From Lytechinus pictus (Eukaryota), in assembly GCF_037042905.1 (NCBI RefSeq), contig NC_087263.1, forward strand, positions 4,712,001-4,776,000: a DNA stretch of 64,000 nucleotides. Reading direction: 5' to 3'. The translations under genes were made by a program, and so were the position numbers. The notes below the pieces were generated by a model that worked only from the letters and a program-made list of their open reading frames with translations, had not been told where the DNA came from and made no database searches. Below, one piece after another: positions 48,006 through 61,172 of this stretch. Within the stretch, counting starts at the first letter, position 1. Each line of letters begins with the position of its first letter.

Positions 48006-48572
48006 TAAGGGAAATATGTTATCGTTATGATAATTGCTTCTTCGCTGCATCTAGGTCTGGTTATATGTGCAGTTCATCATTCGGAGGCATGCGAAAAGAA
48101 ATTATGCAATATTTCCTGAAATATGACTCAAATTTACTCTTACATTTACTACAATGAACAACAATATTCGACCGCATTTAAAATTTTCATTAGCCGTAAT
48201 CGATCGGAAAAGTGTCAAAATCTGGTTTCATTAAAGGTCAAATTCTTATTTTTGTCACTAATTAAAGGTTAATTTATACAATCTGGCCAAAGTTCTCGGC
48301 GTAATATTGCTTTGGTATTGATGTCTTGTCATGCGTTCAAATACCAGTTTGTTGTTGTAAAAGACGGAGTATCGATACAAATGGATATTTGCAAAAAATC
48401 ACTCCTTGGATTTCCCCATGAGACTAGCGACTTCGAACGGCGGAAAACAAAAAGTTACTTACTGCCGTACCTTCTTTTGTTCTTCTTTGAAAATGAACAG
48501 CTGCTTGGATAAATTAGTTGCCAGTTCGGGTTGGTTAAAAATCAAACTTCTGGCAAAATTGTGTAGTTAAGC

Positions 48573-49061
48573 TTGAAGGGGAAGTTCACCCTGACGAAGA
48601 ATTCGTTGATTTACCAGAAAAAAATATTGGGGAAGGTTTGAGGAAAATCAATCAAAGATTAAGAAAGTTATTACAATTTTAAGATTTTGATTTGCGACAT
48701 CATATACGAGCAGCCCTATATGTTATGTATGAAATGTATGGATTTGATTTTTATTAATGGTCAATGATGACTAAAATATTTTTTTCTCTCAGGAGCGGAT
48801 GTGAAATGATTTGTCTGTTGATATACTGAAGGTGCAATAAAAATCATTTCCATTTTTTTTAGAAAATGATATTCCATTGATTATTTTTTATTTCACAATA
48901 CATGGAAATCTGTTCGCATATGAAGTCCTGAATAAAAAAAAATGAACTTCTAATAACTTTTTTAAATATTTGGCGGATTCCTCAAACCTTTACCAATATT
49001 TTTTTTTCATTATTTTCTGCTATATTTACAATAATATTTGCAAGATGGAATTCCCCATTAA
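48573..49061. mobile_element. Kolobok-like MITE, family of 28298-28755
   Basis: AGGGGAAGTTCACCCTGAC ... GGAATTCCCCATTAA. Confidence 0.65.
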
Positions 49062-49786
49062 CATCGTGATATATGACTTTAAACTTCAATACTTGGATGA
49101 CTCCAACAAACGGACACGTTCTTTCAATCGACTTTCGAAAATAGTTTATGTAAAAATTTCACGCACCTGTTATTGATATGCTAATAATTCCAAAGTATAT
49201 AGGCTTATTTTATTGTGAATTCAATATTGCAATACAATGTACAGTTTTGGAAGTTAGTTTATTATTTATTTATTTCTGTTTTATTTACACAGGATAGCCC
49301 TTTCAGTTGTAAAATTGATTTTACAAGGGGTGCTTTTATGCGTTTCGTCGCAGAAAAGAATGATTTCAGCAATGGAAACTTATCATTTGCAATCTTATTT
49401 TTATGTGTGTGTTTTACATTCACGTGAACAAAAGTATGAATATTAGCTTCTCTGCAATAAATGTACATAACCTTGATATATTTGTTAATGTTTTAACTAA
49501 ACTCAAAGAAAGAAGGCTCCATATAATATCGTGGTATTACTAGAAATTTAAAGACGTCATAAGCGGTTCAAGGGTTCCATGACGAGTCAATATTAAGTGC
49601 GTCTGAAGAAGTCCGAACCACCAGCAGGTTTGTATTCAACTGTTTTAATTGCCAATTAAATAATTCAAAGATCATTAGGTTATCCCTTTGAGTTACTGCC
49701 TATTCGGAAATACAATATAATGGTTTAATTCCTTGAATCAATATGCTGGTAAAACATACACGTTATACAGAACATAAATGTATTGC

Positions 49787-50188
49787 TTAAAGATAAATTC
49801 CAGTTTTGGTAACGATCTCAAAATGACTTTTTACAGAATCTAATATAATGACCACCCAAGTGTCTGTTTGTATGAATAAAAAATATGTGCCAAAGGATTC
49901 TGGAAGAAATTGTGTAATTGCTGAGAAATAAGCAAAATAAGCGCGGATTCGGTCACTTCCGTCGGGTCTTTATTTCAGCAATAATAATACACTGTCCCAC
50001 GTGTGCCTATCTGTGTTGGTGATCTTCAGTGTGAACATTTTTCAGCGTAGATTTCAAGATTTCACAAAGGTCAGTTTATGTAACTGTACCAGATCTAGAT
50101 CCTCGATGATATACTGACAATTAAGCCTGGTTTTACGGACTTTCTCATAAAATCAGTGTTTACTGCAACTACTGGCATTTCTCTTTAA
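49787..50188. mobile_element. TTAA-flanked MITE upstream of GPCR2
   Basis: TTAA|AGATAAATTCCAGT ... ACTGGCATTTCTCT|TTAA. Confidence 0.65.
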
Positions 50189-50416
50189 AGTTGTACAGAG
50201 AGCATCGCTTAGACAGAACTGGAGATCCATTTTTAATTAGATTTGCATGTATTCAAAATTGTGACGGTACAGACACTGAACAGTCCTGGAGTGAACAGTA
50301 AAGTGTATTCTTGATTCAAAATAAAATTCTGTTCACTGGTTTAGTGTCAAGTACTTCGACGCTTGGATGATGTCAGGCGAGTTTAACGTTTACATGGTGA
50401 TTTACATTACATCAAG

Positions 50417-51535
50417 ATGAATAATACGACTGCCACGTTTCCAAATGTTGGGGTGTATGGAGAAGCAAGGATCATGGACATTGTGGCTGGTATATGCTTC
50501 AGCCTCACAGCCCTACTCGCTTTAGTTTGCAACCTTTTTGTCCTAGTAGTGCTTCATCGAAACTGTCGACGCTTTGAGGATATCATGCGATATCTTATCC
50601 AAACTCTGGCGGTCTCAGATCTGGTCGGAGGCTTTGCGTGTTGTCTTGTCCAAGTGCTTCGTATCACGCTCAAGACCTTTCCATTCTCAATAATAATCTG
50701 CAAAGTTATTCCTTTTATGTCATTCTACATGATTCTGAGGTCCCTGTATTTAATGTGCATCATCAACCTGTACAGATGCGTATCTGTAGTGTATCCTTTG
50801 GCTCACCGAAGATACATAAATATGAGGAGGATGCGCATAATCGTCTTTACAGTATATTGTTGTTCGTGTTTTTTTGTTGTGCCTTTGCTGTTGTTTAGAA
50901 ATGAATCACCCAGTGGAATATTGAACATTTTGTGCGAATTTAGATCTTCGAGAGAGCCAGACGATCACGATCCCGAATATGACATCCGGGAGGTCAACAC
51001 AAGGGGTTTCTTCGCTATTGTGTCATTGGCCATTCCACTCGCCATTATTACTATCACAAATATCAAACTATTGATTATTGCTTGCAAGGTTGCACAGAAA
51101 AACACACACGTAAGGGATCGAGCAGTGTCTTCTTCGTCATCCTTCGGGCAGGACAATCGACAAGGCAACACCCACAACGCACAGCACAACGCCCTCTCCG
51201 TCAGAAGTTCTGACAACGATCCTAGGCGCAATAGGGGTAACCTTTACGCGAAAGTTCGAGCCATTCTTGGGTTTAAGGGCCTTAGAACCCTTCTCGCCAT
51301 AACATTAATGTTCTATGCGTCTTGTGTTCCCGCCTGCGTCTTAATTGGAATATCAGCAGATCACCACGACACCATTAGCTCACCCTTATTTATGGCATCT
51401 TCCTTGTTGCTTTTAGGAAACTCCTGGTGGAACGCCCTCATATTTCTGTTCCTCTCCAAAACCTTCAGAGAGCAGGCAGTAAAGTTGAAGGAAGTGTTCT
51501 TGTTACGTTGTACCTTAAAGTTTGACGCAGTGTAA
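50417..51535 (+). CDS. Intronless class A orphan GPCR 2
   Basis: 372-aa 7TM ORF; N-terminal NxT sites, LAVSD, YRC, YASCVP, NSWWNALIF, SKTFR. Confidence 0.92.
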   Translation: MNNTTATFPNVGVYGEARIMDIVAGICFSLTALLALVCNLFVLVVLHRNCRRFEDIMRYLIQTLAVSDLVGGFACCLVQVLRITLKTFPFSIIICKVIPFMSFYMILRSLYLMCIINLYRCVSVVYPLAHRRYINMRRMRIIVFTVYCCSCFFVVPLLLFRNESPSGILNILCEFRSSREPDDHDPEYDIREVNTRGFFAIVSLAIPLAIITITNIKLLIIACKVAQKNTHVRDRAVSSSSSFGQDNRQGNTHNAQHNALSVRSSDNDPRRNRGNLYAKVRAILGFKGLRTLLAITLMFYASCVPACVLIGISADHHDTISSPLFMASSLLLLGNSWWNALIFLFLSKTFREQAVKLKEVFLLRCTLKFDAV

Positions 51536-53332
51536 TTACTCACGTTTGACCTGGAAAGTACTTATTAACCGTGTTCAAAATAAAGTGGCCGGGAAAGGGT
51601 CTTCTCGTTCATGTGGTCCTTTTATACCTATGTTGTGTTCATTTTGCCACTAGTTGGTAAACGTGTAAGAAAACCTATGTCAATCAACACTTAAGTTGAT
51701 AGTGGATCTCGTGACTAATACAAGTTTGGCTTTTACCCATGCAATCCGAGTTTTAATGTATCTTACTGCGTCGTACCTAATCATTTTCTATTCTTTCAAA
51801 TCTTGCTATAATTATGGTAACCAATTCCTTGGGGAAACGAAAAGTTTAATGAGTTCACGCGCGTACTTTTGGCGCATGCACCTCGTACTCGCCATGATTT
51901 CTGCTGTCGAAGAATGATACGAAATATACGAAATATAGAGTGCATATGGCATGAAACAGATACATAATGAAGGCATATTTGTTTTGATGTCAGGTCAAGA
52001 CTAAAAAGAAAGCTTGACAGGTATGATTTCATCACTCTAGATGTTGTTATGGGTGACCAGGAAGAAAAAGGTCTAATTCGTAAATCAATTGACAATAACG
52101 AGCAGTACAAGAAAATGTCATTGTCCCAAATCATTTATGTTAAAGTAAACAGACATGGCTTGCCCCATTGGTAATAGGCATTATCATTTTGTATCTATGC
52201 TCTAGGTATATCCAAAGGCTGTACGATATCATTTTTCTGTAAAATATTTCTCAAATTTGATGAGAAAGTGGTTCTATAATTTTCTTACAGTATCTTGACA
52301 TCAAAACACGCTTGGTGAATATTTTAAGATATTAAGTATGTACTCGATCCATATAGCACAATCTATATCATGTATCTAGATTCTTAGTAATGTTGAGCTC
52401 ATCGAAGTTCATGTAATCCTTATGGGGGGATGAAAAATATGTCCAAAATTTAGAATTTTGCCCGAAAAGCGCGCCGAAAAATTGATGATTTGGAATCTTT
52501 AATATTTTCATGCCAAGTTTAATGGTTTATTCATGGTTTTTGAAACATATATTTGCAGTGTATATTTTAAAAAGTTCAAGTTGTCAAAATTAGTGGGGGT
52601 AAATCGATAATTGATAAATTTGCTCCTACCCAATATTTAATGGGGGAGGGGGGGGGGGCGATCGCCCTTGCCTGCCCCCAGGATCGACGCCCCTGTTCAT
52701 ACACATATATAAACCCCTCAAAAAAGTTTGGAAATCTGAGTTTAGCCATTAATTTTTCCCAACTCGCAATTTTGCACTATGCATATTTGATATCATTCAA
52801 AAGATCATGTAATTATCTTTAAAATGATACCATGCTTGTTATGACCATGCCATCACGACAAGAGCAGGATTCAAAAGTATTGGATGAGGTCTGAATTGAA
52901 AAGCTGCAAAACCAGCAGAAATAGTCATGAAGGGTCAATAACGCACATGATTTTTTTTGTCTGTGGTGTCAATAGAGATGAAAATCCAATCAAATCAAGC
53001 CCCTGCTTCTTCATTTTTGATGTTTTGTTGTGGTTTATGTAGTAATGGTCCTGTGAGATAACATGGTTTGGGTCGTGGTTTGAAATACACATGCATGTTT
53101 GTTTGTTATGTGTTTGCTTGTGCGGAGGCGTGTTGATTCCATGTTAATGTTGATGTTAAGGTGCATGAAAAAATCGAAAACAAAAGAAACCGCTGAGAAA
53201 CTCACTCATCCCCACGGGAAACTAGTGACTTTCAATATTGTGTCATTTTGCAACTTTTGAATTTTTACCTTGCCCCACATTTCAAGGCACTGCACATCCA
53301 TGTGAAGCATAATATATTATGCTTCATGTATA

Positions 53333-55426
53333 CACAACAAAAAAAGTAAGTCCCCCCTAAATCAAATTGCTGTAACTTTTGAACGGAATTATTTTGATAT
53401 ATGATATTTCGTAGGTGGTTTTCTACACTCATTAAGAAACTCCTAGGGAAAAATGAGATTGATCGGTTGAGTCATGCATGAGTAATTAAAGATTGAATTA
53501 AAAATGACCATTTTTTAAAGTCACAAGAGTCGTTTTTCAGATTTTGCAAATACAAAGTTGGGCAAAAGTTATTGTTAGGTGAATTTTATGGTGTTAATGC
53601 CATTTTACTATCCATCATTTAGCCACTCCACACACAATTTTGATATCGTATGTTCATGGTTGAGTGAGCACAATATTGCAGGGGCCGCAGAAGCGGGGTA
53701 GGGGGGGGGGGGGCTGGGGACCCCCCACTTTTTTCCAAACGCATGTACAAAAATGTAAAAATGGCCACACGATTGTGTTTTTGCATGGCCAGCCCCCCCC
53801 CCCCCACTTTTGGCTAAGTCCCTCCCCCATACTTTGAAAACCGTTCCGCGGCCCCTGTATTGTGACGTATCATCATAGGGGGTTTTGGTAGTATCCTCTA
53901 CAACTTGTTAGGTCATATTAACATTTGAAAATGTTGGTGGCTCCCTCGATGATAGGCCCCTCCCCCATTTCTGGATCCACCCCTGATTTGTCCATAAATT
54001 AAACTCATCATGGGAAATTGTTAGGAAAAGAATACATTTTTATGCAGTATAAAGAGTATTCATTCCTAAGTTTTTGAATGTGCTCGCTCAACCATGAAAA
54101 TGTTAGAAGTTCGGAAAGTGTGTGGTGATAGAAATGATGGATGATAAAAACAACAGCAATTAAAGTCACATTTGAAACCGAATTTGCCCCCAATATTCAC
54201 CTTGTTACCCTTTAAAATGAGTCTGTGACATTGAAAATACAAATTTTCCCACTTTGATGCGTGCTCACTCATCCATAAATAAACAAATCGATTTCATTTT
54301 TGCACAGAATTCTGCCCATAGGTTGATAAACATTACTGCCAAATGACATTGCTAAAGACAGCCTTGAAAAAAAGTTCCACCATATTGAATAAGGGGTTAC
54401 TTATTCTTAAACATATGCATCCATAATGTACACAAGTCTATGAGAGATGAAGTCAAAATTTTAACAAATATGAAATAAGGGTTTGTTTCATGGACGGTTT
54501 TTGTTACTTCTGCCGACAGTTATTTCATGAAACTTCGCACATGGCTTCAGAGTAACACTATCCAAAAGGCGCGCACACCAAAATAACAATTCGATACGGC
54601 ACAGAGTGGGGCCAAGGCCTTGAACTTTCTCCTCATTTGCATAATTTTCGAATATCGTGTGCTCACTGATGCATTAAACATCGGGATTTTCATAAAAATC
54701 AAATCAAATGAACCATGCAAGGAGGTTTGTGACAGATATCCATAGTTACAAATTGCATTTTTTCCAATAACGTAAAAAAGAGCTAATCACATTCCACATG
54801 TTCATTCAAGCGTGAATGTTTAATTAAGCGCCTTTGAATCATTGAAGCATGTTAATTGGTCATGAACATAACAAAAAAGTTGATAAAAGATCAGTTTCAG
54901 TTCTCAAAATGAAACAATACTTGCCTATGATATTTGAAAATCGTATTTTTTGTTTTCAATAAATGTTCATTGAATCGTGAAATGATGAATATTGTTGAAG
55001 ATACTCTTCCCAAAAATAATTGTCATCATATTCTATCATTTTTGTTGATAAAAATGTGTAAAAACTTCAATTACAGCAAATTTGGACTTGTGTTCATTCA
55101 ACCGTGAAATTTAGCCAAACAAGTTGTATCGTCTTTTAGAAAGTACTTTTTACAAGCCTTCTGACTATTTTTCATGATGAGAATGCGGAATCAGTTCCAT
55201 TAAAATGGAATCAAAGTCATGATATTTGGCTTGTGACTTTCGAAAAGTGACATTTTTGCCTTCTGACGGTGCTCACTGAAGCATGACGTAAAATATGTCC
55301 ACAACATTTACTCAGATGGTAGCTTATAACATTTCCTACACGCTCATGTAAAAATATATCAAAAACTCGCATTGGTTCGGAAATTATTGATGTTTGTTCA
55401 AGGGGGGACTTACTTTTTTTGTTGTG
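53333..55426. mobile_element. 2.1-kb non-autonomous Tc1/mariner-like element with TA TSD
   Basis: 26-bp perfect TIRs CACAACAAAAAAAGTAAGTCCCCCCT. No transposase ORF visible. Confidence 0.8.
53679..53857. mobile_element. Small MITE with a 5-bp TSD, innermost layer of the nest
   Basis: TATTG|CAGGGGCCGC ... GCGGCCCCTG|TATTG. Confidence 0.75.
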
Positions 55427-57224
55427 TATATATTATAAAGCATAATATATTATGATTTATAATCATGTATGTATTTCATATATCCAAAGGTCTGACAACA
55501 GCTCAAGCATCTGCTTATTTTGTCATACCACTGCATGTCTGCAACCTTGTTATAATCAGTTATGTTAATGTTATGTTAATCATCATAATTATACATTAGT
55601 ATTATGTAAAATTCAATGTAATCAATTTTGTGATGGTCACAATATGTACATTGTCATGACACGCAGAAATAAATAAATAAAATAAAATAAAATAATCATA
55701 TCATGTAGGGTATCATTTTTAAGAGAATCAAAATCTATTCATTGGTATCAATCGGACATTAACATTTACTAAAACCGAGGAGGGATTATCGATTAAAGTC
55801 AGATTTCCAAACTTTTTTTGAGGAGTTTATATAAATATATATATATATATATATATCGCCAATATTTCCAAAGGGCAGATAGCTCTGGGGAACCTTGATT
55901 TAAGCCACGCCTACCATTGTTGTCTTCATTCATTATATATATATATATATTGTGCTCAGCGGTTCATGTTTGATCTTTATATCTTTCCTGTTTCAATTTT
56001 GCCTCATTTAGGGCTTACAAAGCTTTGACTTTTACCATCATCGTTAATCATTATACTTACAATCGGGTATCGGTCGCGTGTCAACCATTCTTATGAGTAA
56101 ATTTATTGCAGTGTCCTTGAATGTTCAAAATTTATGTATCACATTTATCAATTGAAATGGGGACAAGGCAAGATTTGACAATTTATTTTATTTTTTGCGA
56201 TGTTTACTTCACGGGAATTTATACTCTGTGTACACTAGCTTTGAATCTCACTGTTGCCTGGAATATTATCTTTGCATGATTGAAATTTTACTTGTTTCAT
56301 TCTCCACTTCTCATTTTATATTTTACTGTGTTGACTTTTACAGAAATCCGTTTCCACGCAAACTAGGTGATATTATTTATTTTTCGACTTATTGCCAAAG
56401 TTGGTAATTTTGGCTCAGTCAAGTGATTTATTATGTTATACAATAAAAGTAATAATATTGTTTATCGCTTCATTACCTATATCATGAGATAACTCCACCA
56501 TGAAAATTCAAAATGATAATCAAAATACATGATCTGTAAATTGCTCATTGGCTTAGAAAGTCTACAAACTTGTTTTCTCGAGTTTCTCAATGTTAATACA
56601 ACTGGGCATGGTGGAGTTTAACTACAAGGAGTGGAATGCTTGTATGAGGGAAGAATAGCTTTATATTAACAAAGCTGAGTGGGTTTATACACCATTTCAC
56701 TATACTACTGATTTTATTATGTATTTTACCTTCTAATGTTTTTTTTTTATTGTGATATGGAAAATAAATACCAATACCACGATCAGCATGAGTTGGTAAA
56801 TAATTATTTAGGGGAATTCTGAATAATATTTCTTCATTTCTTTTCAAAAAGAGTCATATACATCACCACGCTTGATATAGCCCACAAATTATTGGTGGTG
56901 TTGAAAGCTTAAGTTGAATTTCCTTTTTAATATGCGATGCTGTGATTTGTATCACGAAGCGACTTAATGGAGAAGCTTTTAGGAAGAAGAAAAAAATGCC
57001 CGTCATTGCGTTTGCGTTTGATTCGTTAATTGCTCATTCTGTAGTATTAGCTTTACACTGTACTTAGATTGCCTAATTATGTTGAGAGGTTTTTGCTGTA
57101 AACCATTACGAAGTACTTGACATAAAATGTCGCTCTCTTTAAAAAGACAAGACAAAAAGCAAAAATGTACCCCTTTTGTTAAAAGTGAATCATTTGGAAA
57201 TAATACTTGTCAGTGGCAATTAGT

Positions 57225-58412
57225 ATGAAAAGGGAGAAGATGGAGAAAACAAATGCTTCAGCCGGAACCGCCTTTGAAGACAGGATTGTGGCTAATTCTG
57301 GTACGGATGTTACAGCCATCGCCATTTTAATCTCAATGGCGTTTCTAGTCTTTGTGAGCAACATCTTAGTTTTACTCGTTCTTCAGAAAGGACGAAGTCT
57401 CTTTGATGAGGTTATGGCTCTCCTGCTTCAGATACTCGCTTTGTCGGATCTCCTAGGAGGTACGGTTGCATCGCTTCTCACAGCTACTGTCCTCCTTCTA
57501 AAAGTGACCCCTACCTCCCGTGCTATCTGCAGAATGACCCCTCTGGTGAACAACTTCATGCTCTTGCAGTCATTGTACGTCGTTTGCCTTGTGAGTTTCT
57601 GTCGCTATCTTTCAGTCACGCGTCCATTGTTTTATCTTCGGAGCGTGACAGTGTCTCGTGTACGCATCGCTGCCTTGTCCGTCAAGGCGTACGTCTTGCT
57701 TAACACGTGCGTCTTTCTACCAATACAGGGTTTTCCATTCTGGGATGTCCTGGATGAGATGTGTAATGCACAGACTGAGAGGTTGGATGTCCTACATCAC
57801 AGGCCATCCGAATCCATCTTATCTGGGAACTTTGTACTTGTTGTGGTATTCGTATCAGTTTCCTTCATACTGCCTCTGTGTCTACTAACATTTCTGAATT
57901 ATCGACTCCTTTGCACTGCCTGTCGTATCAGCCGCCGCGAGAAAAGCCAGCATCGGGCTGTCCAAAGAAACCCAAAGAGCAGTCACTCCGATGGCAGTGG
58001 TTCTTCGAACAATAAATACCCACATCAGGAGTATCACCTCCGGATTGGGAGACGACATGAGCGGAAGGGTCTTCGAGGATTCCTCACGGTATTTATAATG
58101 ACCGCGTCCTTCTATGTATCTTGTCTACCTTATGTTGTCATATCCGTTCTAACGTCAACGGCACCGGATGTTAGGCAATATCTGAGCGAGTATGGGTGGA
58201 TGGTGGCCCTCATGATCATGATTAGCAATGCTTGGTGGAATGCACCCATTTACCTTTTAACATGCCGGACTTTCCGGAAGAAGGCACTGGAGATCGTGAC
58301 ATGCAGGAAGTCGAGGGCAATGACAGCTTTCCAAGGTAGCGGACACTCGCACGTTTCCCATTTATTTCAGTTGCAGCCTCAAGCCTCTCATCAAATAGAA
58401 ACCACTGGATAG
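57225..58412 (+). CDS. Intronless class A orphan GPCR 3
   Basis: First ATG at 57225 (alternative 57240). 7TM; LALSD, CRY, YVSCLP, NAWWNAPIY, RTFR. Confidence 0.9.
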   Translation: MKREKMEKTNASAGTAFEDRIVANSGTDVTAIAILISMAFLVFVSNILVLLVLQKGRSLFDEVMALLLQILALSDLLGGTVASLLTATVLLLKVTPTSRAICRMTPLVNNFMLLQSLYVVCLVSFCRYLSVTRPLFYLRSVTVSRVRIAALSVKAYVLLNTCVFLPIQGFPFWDVLDEMCNAQTERLDVLHHRPSESILSGNFVLVVVFVSVSFILPLCLLTFLNYRLLCTACRISRREKSQHRAVQRNPKSSHSDGSGSSNNKYPHQEYHLRIGRRHERKGLRGFLTVFIMTASFYVSCLPYVVISVLTSTAPDVRQYLSEYGWMVALMIMISNAWWNAPIYLLTCRTFRKKALEIVTCRKSRAMTAFQGSGHSHVSHLFQLQPQASHQIETTG

Positions 58413-59676
58413 ATTCATATTCATCAGTTTGCACTTTGACTATCGACTAAGATCACCGAGAGTTGAAAGGAAAATTATATTTATAAGCATAGCATAGTGA
58501 CCCCCAATTCCATTTGTGACTGGTTTGCATCATTCGCCCATCAGAGACGAACCATGAATTTATTGTTAATAAATACCGTTAATATGGCTACATCCGAACT
58601 TGCTATTGTGGCCTTCTTTTTTCCTCATTTCATCTGATACCTATTTTGTTTTAACTGTGAATGTCGAAATATTTATCATTTGACTTCATTCGCTTACTCG
58701 CTAATGTGAGTTTATCATCTTTGCATTGTAAACACCGGTATGTAGAGATGTCACCTTTTGTCTTGTTGTGTTTTTGCTTCAAAACTTTAATGAACCGACA
58801 AAAGTGCAATATATCTCCTGTTATATCAATTAGTAACATATATCCACAATGTACTCACAAAAGTAGGCGACATTGATTATATCTAAATTCGTAGTCAATC
58901 TCATTTTTATTTACCCCTCCTTTAGAAATAACGGATGAATAACGTGTATGGATTCATTTTTGGAACAATGTACATTTTGATTTGAAATCTTAAAACTTCT
59001 TAATTCATTTATGCGTGCATCATGGGTATCGACTCCGTATTTAGTGTTTGCCGTAGGCCTAATGCCAATTTCCATCTTCATGTCCAAAATCCGAAGTGAA
59101 ATTCAAAACATTTAACGAAAGTGTTTATAGGAGCAATCATTTCCTTGAATTTACTGTGGTTATATGAGCATTGCATAATTATTTTCTGTGCTTTGTGATG
59201 GTGTTATTGCACAAAACAAAACCCTAAATCGATAGACACAGCTTAAAGTTAATGCTAGAATGTTTATGTTATATAACATAAATATAAAGACTTGAATGAC
59301 GAAAATGTAAGGACTTTGTCCATAGATCTCACAACTGTGTTTTCAATCGGCTTTGGTCATGTTGGTACTCTGGAATTGTTAAAATCGATCGCCATCTTCA
59401 GCGTGAAATAGCCAAAATTATTCTCCCCCTTGATTTTGTTCTTACCAGAACTTCAAAAAGACAGATGTGTCATGTATGTACCTCGTCCTCATTAACATAT
59501 TCCCGACCTTTCGCTGGAGAACGCGAACGCTTATTTACGACGGTTGATTTTGGAAGAGACTTTTGGGGCCGTCGCAATTCAAATAATGCGACATGAGGAT
59601 TTTGTTTAGCTTTCGCATCTGCAACGGAAACATCAATCTGCGGTTCGTGTGCAAAATATTATGGTAACAGCGACAG

Positions 59677-59973
59677 CCCACTTCCATTGACGAGTAGATA
59701 CCAGGCGCGACCACGCGTAAAAGGCTAAAGAGTGGGCAAGTACGTTACGTATAGGCCTATACGTAACGTTATAAGGGTGTAAAAAACGATGTTTAAAATA
59801 CTGAAAATGGGGATACATTTCCAATACAAGTCTTGTAGGGTTTCACAAGCCAAATACTTGTTAAGGGATGCATTTTCATAATCTGGAAAAGACTTGCTTC
59901 CCTTGTTTAGGGTGCTTGTCGAAACTCCATGGTCGCGCCTGGTATCCACTCGTCAATGGAAGTGGTCCCCCCG
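59677..59973. mobile_element. Shortened, diverged member of the 16118-16668 MITE family
   Basis: CCACTTCCATTGACGAGTAGATACCAGGCGCGACC ... GGTCGCGCCTGGTATCCACTCGTCAATGGAAGTGG. Confidence 0.7.
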
Positions 59974-60830
59974 AAAATTTGAACCTAATCACCCATTTCG
60001 GGGGAAAGTAAAACATAATGCCCATAACATTGTGTGCTAGAGGCATATTGTTTGTGTAGAAGGAGCAGGTAAAAGAAAAAAAAAAACGCAAATTCGGATG
60101 GTGTTCAGACGCGGATGGGCCTATTGCATATGCTGTGTACATATCAACGCATGCGAAATGGTTTCGGCTGGAGAGGTGATCTCACCCATGGAATCAATTG
60201 CCAGTGATCCACTAATAATCCACATTAGATGCAATATCGATTCGACAGATTGTAATGATCTATATCTAAGCCTTAATTCAGTCAGTTTTTCCTCACTCAA
60301 TATGTACTCGATTTGTTTGAAAAACCACTTTCTTATCCATGTCATAATCTATTGTAGGCCAAGCATTTCGAATATCTCCAGCCAGCTGTCATAGTCGAGG
60401 CTCGCCGCCGGCTCAGGGGGCATACGCTGATGACCAGTCGTACATGCATGAAAGCCGGATTTAATCTCGCAGCATGGTGCGGGTGTCACGCGAAAGAATT
60501 TTGCACACGATCGAAAAGCAGATCTGTAGGGCCTGTAACACAAAGCTAAGTAATGATTGTAGAGTAGTTTTCTACGTTTGATTCTGTTGACTATAATGTA
60601 CAATCAATTTTAAAAATCGAGTCTATGATTAATCGTTAACTTTTGTGTTACTGGACCCTAATGTCGCGTTCCAGAGTTTTGCGAAAACTCGCAATTGCTG
60701 CTCCCCTTTGTGTCCTAAATAATCCTACAACCTTTTCAGTAATATTTTGTTACACATTTATTACGCCATTTATCAGTTTGATTTATTAAATCTTCGCTTA
60801 ATTTCCCCCTCTCTTTCATGATCCGTCTAT

Positions 60831-61172
60831 GGGTGTTTCACAAAGGAAATATAAGTTTGTGTTTCAGTTATGTTGCTTGTAACGTGTATAACCTTTGAGT
60901 GAGAGCGGGAATAGTATCGAACGCGTATCGTGTCTCTTGGGTCCGTTGCAGAAAGAGTTGCGTTTAAACGCAAGTCAAAAAATCAATCGCAAGTCCCAAA
61001 TGCGCGCTGTTGAAAATCAAGTTGCGCATGATTTTTAGAGTTGCGATTGATTGCAACTCTTTCTGCAACGGGCCCCAGATCTGACCAATGCAGTGATGAG
61101 TTTTACATTGCACGCAACTCGGAATCTAAGAACGATTTATAGTCAGATTTAATTCTTTGTGTGAAACGGCCC
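60831..61172. mobile_element. Two nested Harbinger-like MITEs
   Basis: Outer GGGTGTTTCACAAAG / CTTTGTGTGAAACGGCCC. Inner 60939-61077 GGGTCCGTTGCAGAAAGAGTTGC / GCAACTCTTTCTGCAACGGGCCC. Confidence 0.65.

Larger units (their letters stand above)
52709..55830. mobile_element. TA-flanked non-autonomous TIR element (Tc1/mariner-like), outer layer of a nest
   Basis: TAAACCCCTCAAAAAAGTTTGGAAATCTGA / TCAGATTTCCAAACTTTTTTTGAGGAGTTTA, plus subterminal inverted similarity. Confidence 0.7.
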
